A stretch of 56,142 nucleotides of DNA, the filler included, from an uncultured bacterium (GTDB lineage: Bacteria; AUK180), in assembly GCA_937863565.1 (NCBI GenBank). It is 4 parts of 4 records of this genome, joined end to end, with 100 filler letters (N's around TTAATTAATTAA, not from the genome) between each part and the next. Parts side by side here need not be neighbours in the genome. Positions count along the whole stretch, not along the records: positions 1 to 10,579 come from CALMGJ010000024.1; 3 more parts are not named here. The stretch is one strand, 5' to 3'. The notes below the pieces were generated by a model. That model was not told the DNA's origin and made no database searches. It worked only from the letters and a program-made list of their open reading frames with translations. The translations under genes and the position numbers were made by a program. Shown here piece by piece: positions 1 through 9,052 of this stretch. Position 1 is the first letter of the stretch. Each line of letters starts with the position of its first letter.

Positions 1-925
1 CTGTTTTGCCCTTGTCATCAGTTTTGTCCTTGTCTTTGTCTTCCTTTACGGCTTCGTCCTTCTTGCCCTTATCTTCGGAAGCCTCAGATTTGTCTTTAGC
101 CTTATCTTTATCATCCTTACCTTCGTCTTCGGACTTCTTATCCCCGGATTTATCCTTATCCTCTTTTACTTTCTCTTCTTTGTCTTTATCTTTGCCTTTC
201 TCTTTATCGTCCTTCACTTTCTCTTCTTTGTCCTTGTCTTTGTCTTTCTCTTTATCGTCCTTCACTTTCTCTTCTTTGTCCTTGTCTTTGCCTTTCTCTT
301 TATCGTCCTTCACTTTCTCTTCTTTGTCCTTGTCCTTGCCTTTCTCTTTATCGTCGTTCTTCTCCCAGCCTTTCTCTTTGTCGTCTTTGCCCTGGCCTTT
401 ATCTTCGTTCTTCTCCCAGCCTTTCTCTTTGTCGTCTTTGCCCTGGCCTTTATCTTCGTTCTTCTCCCAGCCTTTCTCTTTGTCGTCTTTGCCCTGACCT
501 TCTTTCAGATCTTTACTATTATCCCAACCTTTATGCTCACCGCCTTTTAACTGGTAATTCTGATATTCTCCGGGCTCCCAGTCTATCTTTTTTCCGCTCG
601 GATCCGTGCCGGTCACAAGGTTATGACGTCCTTTGATCAAACGGGCGGGAATACTCCTTGTAAATGCATATGGGCCCTGCCATTTTGAAGCAACATACCA
701 TTTATTGTTCTCGAAAATGAACCATCTGTTGCCGTGAAAAAATAATTGAGGGGCATATTCGGGCGCATAATAAACATCTTTATATCCCCAGATCAGGATG
801 ACTTGCGGTTGCCCGGTAATGATAAGCGAGGGCCCCGGAATATCGCGTATCGTTGCTTTTCCCGTCGTAGCACAAGCGCTGAATAACATAACAGCCCCAA
901 TAATGATCCACAGATACTTTCTCAT
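1..925 (-). CDS. Lipoprotein with aromatic-rich N-terminal domain and long K/D/E-rich repeat tail; runs off the left edge and is absent from the ORF track
   Basis: Hand translation from ATG 925 (GGAG RBS upstream): MRKYLWIIIGAVMLFSAC (lipobox) ...YYAPEYAPQLFFHGNRWFIFENNKWYVASKWQGPYAFTRSIPARLIKGRH..., then GWEKNEDKGQGKDDKEK and DKEKGKDKDKEEKVKD repeats. Confidence 0.85.
   Translation of the reverse strand, partial: MRKYLWIIIGAVMLFSACATTGKATIRDIPGPSLIITGQPQVILIWGYKDVYYAPEYAPQLFFHGNRWFIFENNKWYVASKWQGPYAFTRSIPARLIKGRHNLVTGTDPSGKKIDWEPGEYQNYQLKGGEHKGWDNSKDLKEGQGKDDKEKGWEKNEDKGQGKDDKEKGWEKNEDKGQGKDDKEKGWEKNDDKEKGKDKDKEEKVKDDKEKGKDKDKEEKVKDDKEKDKDKDKEEKVKDDKEKGKDKDKEEKVKEDKDKSGDKKSEDEGKDDKDKAKDKSEASEDKGKKDEAVKEDKDKDKTDDKGKT
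162..495 (-). repeat. Coding tandem repeats: about 4 x 48 bp and about 2.7 x 51 bp
   Basis: 48-bp unit TCCTTCACTTTCTCTTCTTTGTCCTTG... starts at 210, 258 and 306 (degenerate at ~162); 51-bp unit TTCTCCCAGCCTTTCTCTTTGTCGTCTTTGCCCTGG... starts at ~360, 411 and 462. Confidence 0.9.
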
Positions 926-942
926 TTCCAACTCCTTTTTAT

Positions 943-1090
943 TATTGAAATCGATCATTTCAATACCTCTAATCGTTTTTTTACAAAATTCATTCCTCAT
1001 TATAACTGCTCAATTAATGGGGCAAATAATGAAGAATGTGAACTTTTGGTGTTCTGAAACACTACATTTCCACAAATATTTGTAGTGTTT
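943..1090. promoter_or_regulatory. Two inverted repeats and a minus-strand TATAAT between the paralogous lipoprotein genes
   Basis: TATTGAAAT-N5-ATTTCAATA (943-965); AAACACTACA-N14-TGTAGTGTTT (1057-1090); minus-strand TATAAT at 999-1004. Confidence 0.4.
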
Positions 1091-1120
1091 TTTCGAATAT
1101 GCGGGATATTTGGGCATTGT

Positions 1121-1522
1121 TCAATTACCCCGGCCTTTGCCTTTTCCTTTATCCTTTCCGCTTTTACCGTGCTTTCCATCATTATCCTTTTTATCCCGGA
1201 AATGATGCAGTTCTTTTAATCTAGTTCTTGCTTTTACTAGCCCCGGCGGAATATTTTTAATATGCGTGAACGGCCCGTTCCAGAATTGGGACACATACCA
1301 AAAGTCGTTTTCATAAATGAACCATCTGCCGTCAAAGAAAAATACCGAACAGCCGTATTCTTCCGTATAGAAGAATCTGGTGTGACCCGGTATGACAACA
1401 AGGGCCGGTTTGCTTTTGATCAAGAGCACTGGAGCCGAAGGTACAGGCGTTTCTCTCACATACACGGTGCATGAGAAGAATAGGATTGCCATCGCGATTG
1501 CAAGGAAAAGCATTTTTTTCAT
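1121..1522 (-). CDS. Lipoprotein, paralogue of the 1..925 gene, with short K/G-rich tail
   Basis: Signal and lipobox LFFSC; FFFDGRWFIYENDFWYVSQFWNGPF..IPPGL aligns by eye with the neighbour; GGAGG RBS. Confidence 0.8.
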   Translation of the reverse strand: MKKMLFLAIAMAILFFSCTVYVRETPVPSAPVLLIKSKPALVVIPGHTRFFYTEEYGCSVFFFDGRWFIYENDFWYVSQFWNGPFTHIKNIPPGLVKARTRLKELHHFRDKKDNDGKHGKSGKDKGKGKGRGN

Positions 1523-1539
1523 GTGCGCCTCCTTCGATT

Positions 1540-3684
1540 TTATTTTTTATCTACATCATCATAACTGTAGTAATATTGCTGACCGTAATAATAATAATAA
1601 TAACCGTAGCCGCCTCTTATGGGAATGCCGTTAAGAATGATGCCGATCAGACGGCCGCCGCTCTTTTTTATGCTTTCGAGGGCGATCTTCGCTCTATGTT
1701 TTGCGATCTGATTCGCCCTGATGACGAACAATACGCCATCGACTTTGTTAGAGAGTACGACCGCATCGGTGAGGGCATTGACGGGCGGCGTATCGAACAG
1801 GACATATTCGAAGCCCATCTCTCCGAGTTTACCGATCAGCGTTTGAAGTTTCGGAGAATCGAGGTATTCTGTCGAAGCGTGCGTATGAGGACCGCATGTT
1901 ATCAAGTAGTGAAAAGGATTTACGCCCATTTTCACAAGCTCGCTCATATCCTTGTAGTCATCCTCGAAATAGCTGCTTATACCCTTTGAGTTGTCTATCT
2001 CGAATATTCTGTGAAGAGAGGGCTTTCGCATATCCGTATCTATGAGTATCGTTTTCTTGTTGTTTTTTGAAAGCATTATCGAAAGGTTCGCGGCGGTTAT
2101 GGATTTGCCTTCCTTAGTCTCTGAACTCGTTATAAGAAAAGATTTGAGCCCTTTTTTATCTTTTGCCCATTTTGAATACGTTAAAAGCGTTCTCAATTCT
2201 TTATACGATTCATTGATCGTCGATTTAGGCGAGATATTCGTTATCAGATTCTCTTTAAAAGTTCTTGTGATGTACTTTGCCCGCTGCCCTGTAATGATAG
2301 CCCATTTGCTTAACTTCTCTTCGCTTTTATATATTTCCGGGATCTTGCCGATCAGGTCCGTTTCAAAGATCCTCTCTATATCATCGGAGGGTTTTACCGT
2401 ATTGTCAAGATACTCGATCAGGAATGCGAAACCAACGGAGACTATCAGGGAAAGGAAGAGCATGAAAATGAGATACTGGACTTTGCTCGTTGTTACAGGC
2501 CGGGAAGGCTTAACGGCATTATCTACGACCCTGATCGTCGAGCCCTGCGAGATCTTCTGCAGCTCCAATTCCTTGTCTTGTTCCAGAAGGAGTGTATAGA
2601 GTTTTTCACTTACGGAAAGTTGCCTTTGAAGATTGAGGTATTCCATTTCGCGTTCGGGGACCATTTTGAACTTCTTATCGAGGTCTCTAAGGATATAATC
2701 CGTTTTCTGGATCTCGAGTTCAAGCTGTATAAGGCGTTTTTCCAATTCACCCTTTTGCGCATAAAGAGCAAGTATCGAATTCTCAGAGGAATTCTCATTG
2801 GAAAGCCTCGAGAGGAGTTGGATCTTGAGTTCCTCCAGTTTTTTCTCCAAGTTCTTGAAATAATCTGAATCCTCGCTGTAATAAACACGCGCTTTCTCAT
2901 ATTCTTCTTGAAGTCTCTGGTAAGAGATGTATTCCGGCGATTTCTCGATATCAGTAATGAGCCTCTGTCCGCCGGCAGTGTTCAGTGAGGCGATTTGGCC
3001 CTTTACTTTATCAAGGGATTCGCGGACGGACTTGTATTCCATCTCTGCAGCCGTTTTCTTCAAGCCGAGATCCGAATAAGTAGAGACGAGATTCTCCATT
3101 TCGATATTGACATCCACGACATTATTCTTCTCTTTGAAGACCTTGATCTTTCTTTGAGCTTCACTAAGGTCATCCTGGATCGTTTTTAGCTGTTCAGAGA
3201 TGTAATCGCGTGCCCTGGTGGCATCTTCGTTCATGAAAGCCTGATGCTGCTTGATATACTCTTCTATTAGGACATTAACAAAATCCGCAACAAGTTCCTT
3301 ATCCGGCAAGGTGGCCGTGATGTCGAGCAGGTTGGTGTTCTCCTCGGTCTGCACATATACTCTGGATCTGAGATAAGATACTCCATAAGGAAGGCTCAAC
3401 CTTTTCTTCGTGGCGGCAATGACGCTATTGCTTACTATTGTCATCGAATATGTCTTGACAAGATAAGCGATGGTGCCCCTCATGAAGTAACGGGATATAT
3501 CAGATACACCTTCCATTTGGTAATTGACCAGGATCTTCGCATGCGCGGAATAAAGTTCCTGTTTTTTGGAAACGACCCAGATGCCTGAGAGCATTAAGAG
3601 CAGGAACAGTACGAGTACGAGCCATTTATATCTGAATATGATCGCCAGATACTTGAAGAAGTTCATACTGCCTTCATTATCCAT
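1540..3684 (-). CDS. wzc: Polysaccharide co-polymerase / BY-kinase (Wzc/GumC family)
   Basis: Two TM helices flanking a coiled-coil periplasmic domain; Walker A SSETKEGKS; IDTDMRKP; FDTPP; C-terminal tyrosine cluster GYGYYYYYYGQQYYYSY. Confidence 0.92.
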   Translation of the reverse strand: MDNEGSMNFFKYLAIIFRYKWLVLVLFLLLMLSGIWVVSKKQELYSAHAKILVNYQMEGVSDISRYFMRGTIAYLVKTYSMTIVSNSVIAATKKRLSLPYGVSYLRSRVYVQTEENTNLLDITATLPDKELVADFVNVLIEEYIKQHQAFMNEDATRARDYISEQLKTIQDDLSEAQRKIKVFKEKNNVVDVNIEMENLVSTYSDLGLKKTAAEMEYKSVRESLDKVKGQIASLNTAGGQRLITDIEKSPEYISYQRLQEEYEKARVYYSEDSDYFKNLEKKLEELKIQLLSRLSNENSSENSILALYAQKGELEKRLIQLELEIQKTDYILRDLDKKFKMVPEREMEYLNLQRQLSVSEKLYTLLLEQDKELELQKISQGSTIRVVDNAVKPSRPVTTSKVQYLIFMLFLSLIVSVGFAFLIEYLDNTVKPSDDIERIFETDLIGKIPEIYKSEEKLSKWAIITGQRAKYITRTFKENLITNISPKSTINESYKELRTLLTYSKWAKDKKGLKSFLITSSETKEGKSITAANLSIMLSKNNKKTILIDTDMRKPSLHRIFEIDNSKGISSYFEDDYKDMSELVKMGVNPFHYLITCGPHTHASTEYLDSPKLQTLIGKLGEMGFEYVLFDTPPVNALTDAVVLSNKVDGVLFVIRANQIAKHRAKIALESIKKSGGRLIGIILNGIPIRGGYGYYYYYYGQQYYYSYDDVDKK

Positions 3685-3687
3685 ATA

Positions 3688-4641
3688 TTACTCCTTTGTC
3701 TTTCTGAAAATATAAAAGAACGCACCGGGCAAGCTCAGTGCTATGAAGATCAAGATATACAGGAAAGAAATGGCAAGCCCCTGTTCCGGCGCGACACTGT
3801 ATGGAGCACGGCTGAGAAAGGAAACGAAAAGCATCTCCCTCACGCCGAAGCCCCCTATGGAAGGTATCATTGAAGCGACGAAAATAATGGGCATGATAAT
3901 GAAGTAGTAATGGAGAGGAACCCAAGTCACGCCGAGGCCGACCGCTGCGATGTAAGCCAGAAGGATCAGAAGGATCTGTGAAGAAAGCGAGATAATGCCG
4001 GCGATCAGATATACTTTGATGTTCTTTCTCGTCTCAAGGAAAAACTTATACGCTTCCTTAAGAGAATCGAACATGCGGCCTTTGATCTTAAGTTTTTCCG
4101 AAAGGAATATATAGGCTTTCTTAGAAAACCTTTTCGAGAATATCAGAACGCTTAGAACAATGAACACACCCATTGCGGAAAGGAGAATGATATTCTGGGA
4201 ACTTGGTAAAAAAGAATACCCTCCCAATACTAAGGCTGCAAAAAGATATAAGGCCATAGTCACAAGGCCTATGAGCCTGTCCACAAGAGTGAGTAGAAGC
4301 CCTTTGGAAACGCTCCCTGCGGCTTTACCCATTAAATAACCCTTTATGGCATCCCCTCCTGCCGAAGTCGGAAGTACCTGATTGAAGAATAAACCGGTAA
4401 AATAATATTTGGCAGTAAGTACAAAGGGTATCTTTTTCTCGAAGAATGAAAAAAGCGTATGTATCCTGAAACTCAGCATCAATGAATTTAATCCCAGAAG
4501 AACCGCACCCCAGATCACGCATCTCAGATCGGCTGAACGCAATGTATCCCCGACCAGGACGGGATCGCTCCTTTTTATCAGATAATAAAGCAGCAGGACC
4601 GTGACAGCGGCGCCGAGAATATTAAGGATCTTTTTTTTCAT
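3688..4641 (-). CDS. Lysylphosphatidylglycerol synthase TM domain / flippase-like protein (UPF0104)
   Basis: FFNQVLPTSAGGD, DRLIG and PSIGGFGVRE motifs; about 8 TM segments. Confidence 0.85.
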   Translation of the reverse strand: MKKKILNILGAAVTVLLLYYLIKRSDPVLVGDTLRSADLRCVIWGAVLLGLNSLMLSFRIHTLFSFFEKKIPFVLTAKYYFTGLFFNQVLPTSAGGDAIKGYLMGKAAGSVSKGLLLTLVDRLIGLVTMALYLFAALVLGGYSFLPSSQNIILLSAMGVFIVLSVLIFSKRFSKKAYIFLSEKLKIKGRMFDSLKEAYKFFLETRKNIKVYLIAGIISLSSQILLILLAYIAAVGLGVTWVPLHYYFIIMPIIFVASMIPSIGGFGVREMLFVSFLSRAPYSVAPEQGLAISFLYILIFIALSLPGAFFYIFRKTKE

Positions 4642-5261
4642 GATCCTTCGATGTACTTAAGGATAACGATCGTTGACGAGACCAGTGAAAGGAATTTCAC
4701 CAGATTATCGAGCGTGATCAGTTTGGGTTTATCCGGTATGTACAGCACATCTCCCTGTTCAAGTATCGTTGTCGCGGTGAGGGCGGGATCATTTTTCTTG
4801 ATCACCTTGGCCAGATTGATCTTAACGATCCTGCCGTCTTTTTTAAGTATTTTCACGCGGGACTGACATATTCTGCTCAGGTCTATCTGAGCTGCTGATA
4901 CAGCCTCCATAATATTGCTACCCTCGGGAAGCATAAGCGATTTCGGGATCATATCGCCGTTGCTGATTATCGAGATGATCACAGGGGCTTTTTCAGCCAC
5001 TGCGATGATCACATCCGGCGAATTCAGGATGTGAGAATATTTTTCTTTTATATCGAGTGAAGCTTCGGCAAGCGTTTTATTGACGATCTCCACTGAACCG
5101 ATATACGGAAGTATTATCGTCCCGTCCTTTTCCACCTCGAAAAATAACTGATCGAAGAATTCTATTCCGGGAACGAATACTTTCAATTTATCGCCGGGTT
5201 TGATATTGTACGCTTGAATTAAAAGAGGCAGGATCAATACGGTCAGAAAGAACCTTTTCAT
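4638..5261 (-). CDS. Short polysaccharide export protein (OPX/Wza-like; Poly_export + SLBB)
   Basis: YNIKPGDKLKVFV...VEKDGTIILPYIGSVEIVNKTLAEA; LEQGDVLYIP; located in the wzc operon. Confidence 0.85.
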   Translation of the reverse strand: MKRFFLTVLILPLLIQAYNIKPGDKLKVFVPGIEFFDQLFFEVEKDGTIILPYIGSVEIVNKTLAEASLDIKEKYSHILNSPDVIIAVAEKAPVIISIISNGDMIPKSLMLPEGSNIMEAVSAAQIDLSRICQSRVKILKKDGRIVKINLAKVIKKNDPALTATTILEQGDVLYIPDKPKLITLDNLVKFLSLVSSTIVILKYIEGS

Positions 5262-5269
5262 ACACTCCT

Positions 5270-5956
5270 TCAGTTTCTCGGTATTTTAAATACCTGCCTT
5301 GGATATATCAGATCGGGATCACGTATCTTGTCCTTATTCGCTCGGTATATCTTAGGCCATTTAAAAGGATCGCCGTAGATCACCGGTTTTTTCGCGATGT
5401 TCCAAAGACAATCCCCTTTTACGACAGTATAGGACACCGGTAAATTGTTCTTCGTTTCAAGTCCTTTATTATATGTGTCCCAGGCAAGTTGAAGCGTTTT
5501 CAGCGCTTTATCGTACTCGCCAGCTTCGAATTCCGCTTTCGCTTGTTCGATAAGGTCGAGTGTTTTCTGATACTCGGGATATCCTTTAATCTGATCGATA
5601 TTCTTCTCAAGGTCAGACAGTTTCTGCTCGTAATCACTCTTGACAGTGATTATCCGTTCCGCCTCTTTCTTTGCAGCAAGAGCTGCATTTTTCGCTTTAT
5701 CGGCGGATTCGATCGTTTTATTGGCATATTCTTCCGTCTCGCTGCCCTTTTTGCTTTCATACATCTCCCGGGCTTTCTTGAAATTCTCTTCGGCTGCTGC
5801 AAGGTCCTCGGGTGCGAATTCCGCCGCACCGGCTTCCTTTGCCGCTTCCAGAGCTTTCTGCGCATCGTTCATAAGCGGATCATACTTTTTCATGTTCGTG
5901 CAGCCGGCAAACAAAATAAGCCCTACCACAAGCGTAGCGACCATTAGTCTTCTCAT
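5270..5956 (-). CDS. LysM peptidoglycan-binding lipoprotein with helical (DUF4398-like) N-terminal region
   Basis: Lipobox FAGC; AKEAGAAEFAPEDL; YTVVKGDCLWNIA...WPKIYRANKDKIRDPDLIYPRQVFKIP. Confidence 0.88.
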   Translation of the reverse strand: MRRLMVATLVVGLILFAGCTNMKKYDPLMNDAQKALEAAKEAGAAEFAPEDLAAAEENFKKAREMYESKKGSETEEYANKTIESADKAKNAALAAKKEAERIITVKSDYEQKLSDLEKNIDQIKGYPEYQKTLDLIEQAKAEFEAGEYDKALKTLQLAWDTYNKGLETKNNLPVSYTVVKGDCLWNIAKKPVIYGDPFKWPKIYRANKDKIRDPDLIYPRQVFKIPRN

Positions 5957-6013
5957 AAAAACCTCCGTCTAATGTGACTTAATTGTACAATAATTTGATG
6001 TTTTTTTCAAATA

Positions 6014-6988
6014 TTACAAAGTGAACTGCAACTGAAAAAGAAGCTGATTATTAGCTATTTCAACGGTTTCCCCGTTAATAAAGTAACTTATTCCCGCTTG
6101 GGCTTTGTTCGGAACTATCGTATAGTTCACACCGCCGGTGAACCTTGTTTTCACTTCGCCGGGTTTATTCGAATCCTTGTCAATGAACTCATATCTTCCC
6201 GTGATTTCGAACTGGCCTAAATAAAAACTGAGATTGAAGAAATATCCGTAAGAATATACAGTTACACCCGTTTCGCCACCGGCTTCGATATATGACAACT
6301 GCGTAATGAAAAAATAATTATTCTCCTTCACGGACACGAAGACATTGCTTTTTGTATTCTTTACATAGGCTTCATCAAGGAAATAATTGTCTATATACTC
6401 GCTGAATCCTGCGGTGATCCCCTTTACGGGTTTAATGTCGAGCCTGAATATGTAGGATTTCTCGCTGTCAGTCTCCTCATAGTTGTTCTTCTCGTTGCCG
6501 TTAAGAACACAGAACCAGAAGTCCATCGCGGAAAGCGTCATCAGAAGCTCGATCCCGATCTGGCGCGACGGGCTGTAATCAAGATCTATCATTGGATAAT
6601 CCAGCGTATTTAGATTAAAAAGGGAAATAGGCGTGTAATGGTCGAAAGGCGTAAGGAAACGGCCTACAGTAAGCCTGATCGGGTTAAAATTGAATGTGGC
6701 CTTTGCGTCGAGAAGCGCTATCGAATTCACATTGATCAGCTCTTCGCTGTCATCATACTCCGGGACAGGTTTATTATTCAGTTCGGCCTGCAGGGTCACG
6801 GAAAGGAGGGATTCGACTATGTCGCCCGTGAATTTAAGCCTGAAACGCTTGATCAGAAAAGCATTCGGCGAGGTCTCGGGAACAGAGTACTGCACCTGGG
6901 CAAAAGCATCCATTCTGCCCACCGGAAGATCGACTGCCAAAGGCAGAAAGACAACCATAAAAAAAAGAGTGATCAAGTATTTTTTCAT
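6014..6988 (-). CDS. Outer-membrane beta-barrel porin (phosphate-selective porin O/P-like)
   Basis: Signal peptide; FLIKRFRLKFTG, LLDA, LTVGRF..PF, RYEFID; amphipathic C-terminal strand LLFQLQFTL. Confidence 0.7.
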   Translation of the reverse strand: MKKYLITLFFMVVFLPLAVDLPVGRMDAFAQVQYSVPETSPNAFLIKRFRLKFTGDIVESLLSVTLQAELNNKPVPEYDDSEELINVNSIALLDAKATFNFNPIRLTVGRFLTPFDHYTPISLFNLNTLDYPMIDLDYSPSRQIGIELLMTLSAMDFWFCVLNGNEKNNYEETDSEKSYIFRLDIKPVKGITAGFSEYIDNYFLDEAYVKNTKSNVFVSVKENNYFFITQLSYIEAGGETGVTVYSYGYFFNLSFYLGQFEITGRYEFIDKDSNKPGEVKTRFTGGVNYTIVPNKAQAGISYFINGETVEIANNQLLFQLQFTL

Positions 6989-6993
6989 AAAGG

Positions 6994-7022
6994 ATTATAA
7001 CCGCTAAATCACTTTTTGTCAA
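6994..7022 (-). promoter_or_regulatory. Consensus sigma70 promoter; leaderless porin mRNA
   Basis: TTGACA-N17-TATAAT-N5-ATG on the minus strand; no SD. Confidence 0.8.
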
Positions 7023-8277
7023 ATTTCAGTTTTTTCAGTTCCTTCAATGCAATGTCCCTTTCCGCTTCGAATCCGTGCTCCTCAGCTATGAGGGCGGCTC
7101 TTTTCAACTCTTCCGCAGCAGAAACCTTCGACATCCCGGTCAGGAACTGCGCTTTGTAGGTCAGTACAGAGACATAGATCTGGTAAACGCCGTATTTTTC
7201 CGCCAGTCTTTCGGCCTTCTTAAAATAATCCATCCCTTCTTCCGTTCTTTTTCTGTAGCATAGGACGGTCCCGAGATTAGTGTATATTCTGCACAAATTT
7301 ACATTATCATTCAAGGCGCCAAAGACACGCCTCGCTTTCTCCAGAAGCAAAGTCGCCGCGGAGTATTCACGCCTTTCGAGGTGGATGGTCGCTATGTCCA
7401 TCTGTGCCAGAGCAATACCCCTTTTCTGACCGAATTCCTCGTACATACGCAGGGCTTTACGAAAATATTTCAATGCGATCTGGAGTTGGAGTTTCCTTTT
7501 ATGTGTCACACCGAGAAGGATAAAACCGTTTGCAACACCCATTTTGTCGTTTATCTCCCCCGAGAGTTCCAGCGATCTTTGAGCATACGCGGATGCCTTC
7601 CCGTAATGCCCCATATCGAGAGATAGTTTTGCCAAAGACCCGTAGATCTGCGCTTCGCCCTGCTTAAAACCTATATCCCGTACAAGTGCAATATAATCTA
7701 CGAAAGCTTGCTCCGCTTCCTTGAATTTCCCCGTTTCCATCCGAATATTGCCAATATTGCGAAGCGTAGTTGAAATGTATCGCTTCTCCCCGAGTTGTCG
7801 AAAGATCAGAAGGGACTTTTCAAAATATTTCAGTGCCTCTGTATATTTGCCCTGTTTCGTGAATATCGAACCGATATTGGTAAGACTTGATGCGATCCTG
7901 AAATTATTACGGTCTTTTTCGGCTTCTTTCAATGCCCGGGAATAGTAGGTGAAGGAAAGGTCGTAATCGCTTTTAAAATAATACAGAAGCCCGAAGTAAT
8001 TGTACAGGTCAGCTGCCGAACCGTAAACGCGGGATTCCGCTTTCTTCAGTGTTGATTCGGCAAGCTTGAAATCCCTCTTACCCATGATCAGATTGGCTGC
8101 CGTAAGAAGTAAAAGCTCATATCGTATCGGGTCATCCTGAGCCATATTAATGGCTGTTCTGCAATCTTCAAGGGATTTTTCGAATAGACCGATATGTTTG
8201 TAGACCTGCGCTCTGAGGTGCAGGGCCTTGATGATCTGCGGGTATTTCCTCCCGGCATCCCTTTTTCCTGTTCCCAT
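7009..8277 (-). CDS. Tetratricopeptide repeat protein (~40-aa TPR units)
   Basis: Repeated SLTNIGSIF..QGKY.EAL.YFEKSL units. Confidence 0.85.
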   Translation of the reverse strand: MGTGKRDAGRKYPQIIKALHLRAQVYKHIGLFEKSLEDCRTAINMAQDDPIRYELLLLTAANLIMGKRDFKLAESTLKKAESRVYGSAADLYNYFGLLYYFKSDYDLSFTYYSRALKEAEKDRNNFRIASSLTNIGSIFTKQGKYTEALKYFEKSLLIFRQLGEKRYISTTLRNIGNIRMETGKFKEAEQAFVDYIALVRDIGFKQGEAQIYGSLAKLSLDMGHYGKASAYAQRSLELSGEINDKMGVANGFILLGVTHKRKLQLQIALKYFRKALRMYEEFGQKRGIALAQMDIATIHLERREYSAATLLLEKARRVFGALNDNVNLCRIYTNLGTVLCYRKRTEEGMDYFKKAERLAEKYGVYQIYVSVLTYKAQFLTGMSKVSAAEELKRAALIAEEHGFEAERDIALKELKKLKFDKK

Positions 8278-8282
8278 ATTCT

Positions 8283-8311
8283 ATTATACCGAGAAAAGAG
8301 GTTTATTACAA
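8283..8311 (-). promoter_or_regulatory. sigma70 promoter; leaderless TPR mRNA
   Basis: TTGTAA-N17-TATAAT-N5-ATG. Confidence 0.7.
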
Positions 8312-8325
8312 GGTGAGCGGCCAAA

Positions 8326-8381
8326 GTGAAAAATGGAGAATGGAAAATTGACAACGGAGAATTGACGGTTCAAAATCAAAA
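8326..8381 (+). repeat. Degenerate tandem heptamer repeat (8 units)
   Basis: GTGAAAA ATGGAGA ATGGAAA ATTGACA ACGGAGA ATTGACG GTTCAAA ATCAAAA. Confidence 0.7.
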
Positions 8382-8517
8382 ATATTCAAGATCACCACGA
8401 TAACTCGCAGGCGATCATCCGCCGACACTCAATAGAATAACACTTCTCAATAATCCCTATGGTAATATCACGCTTTATAATTCATGCTTCAAGGGTAGAC
8501 GTGACGGTAGGTCAGGA

Positions 8518-8985
8518 TTATTTTGCGATCCGCCGTATCCCGAGAAAATATTTTTCCCAGTAATTATTCCCTTTATAAATACTGATCCGCACTGAACCCC
8601 CGGAACTGTTCGAATGGATCATCTTCCCGTCCCTGTACACGATGCCCACATGGGAAGCGCGACCTTTTTTCTCTATTGCAAAGAAAATGATGTCGCCTGG
8701 TTTTTCTTTACCCTTATTAACCGGTGAACCTTTCGTATAGATATCCCCGCATGTTCTCGGAAGGCTTACGCCGTTCTTTTCAAAAACATACTGCACAAAA
8801 CCCGAACAATCAAAACCCGGATTGCCCGTTCCTCCCTTCTGGTAGGGTCGGTCAAGTAATTTCAATGCTTCCTTGATGATCTTTTCCGCATCGGGATTAA
8901 CAGGAATACCGGGATCATCTTTCACTTGACGTCCGCAAGAGAACAATAGAAGAAGCAGTAAATAGAAAAAAGTTTTTTTCAGCAT
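8518..8985 (-). CDS. NlpC/P60 (C40) peptidoglycan endopeptidase lipoprotein
   Basis: Lipobox LFSC; PYQKGG...GFDCSGFVQYVF; LPRT; HVGI; MIHS. Confidence 0.92.
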   Translation of the reverse strand: MLKKTFFYLLLLLLFSCGRQVKDDPGIPVNPDAEKIIKEALKLLDRPYQKGGTGNPGFDCSGFVQYVFEKNGVSLPRTCGDIYTKGSPVNKGKEKPGDIIFFAIEKKGRASHVGIVYRDGKMIHSNSSGGSVRISIYKGNNYWEKYFLGIRRIAK

Positions 8986-8995
8986 TGCAGGTATG

Positions 8996-9052
8996 AAATA
9001 AAAAAAAGAATGGGAAGGCGTCGAAAGGAGGGGGTAAGTAGACGCCTTCCCA
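8996..9052 (-). terminator. Rho-independent terminator on the minus strand with a C-rich loop
   Basis: Perfect 12-bp stem TGGGAAGGCGTC (9011-9022) / GACGCCTTCCCA (9041-9052), followed on the minus strand by TTCTTTTTTTTATTT. Confidence 0.75.

Noticed and set aside
162-495. Regular repeats as a possible CRISPR array
   Set aside because: Units are contiguous, lengths are multiples of 3, there are no unique spacers, they lie inside a CDS and no cas genes are present
6-497. 163-aa Ser/Leu-rich plus-strand ORF
   Set aside because: Antisense shadow of the K/D/E-rich tail of the minus-strand lipoprotein
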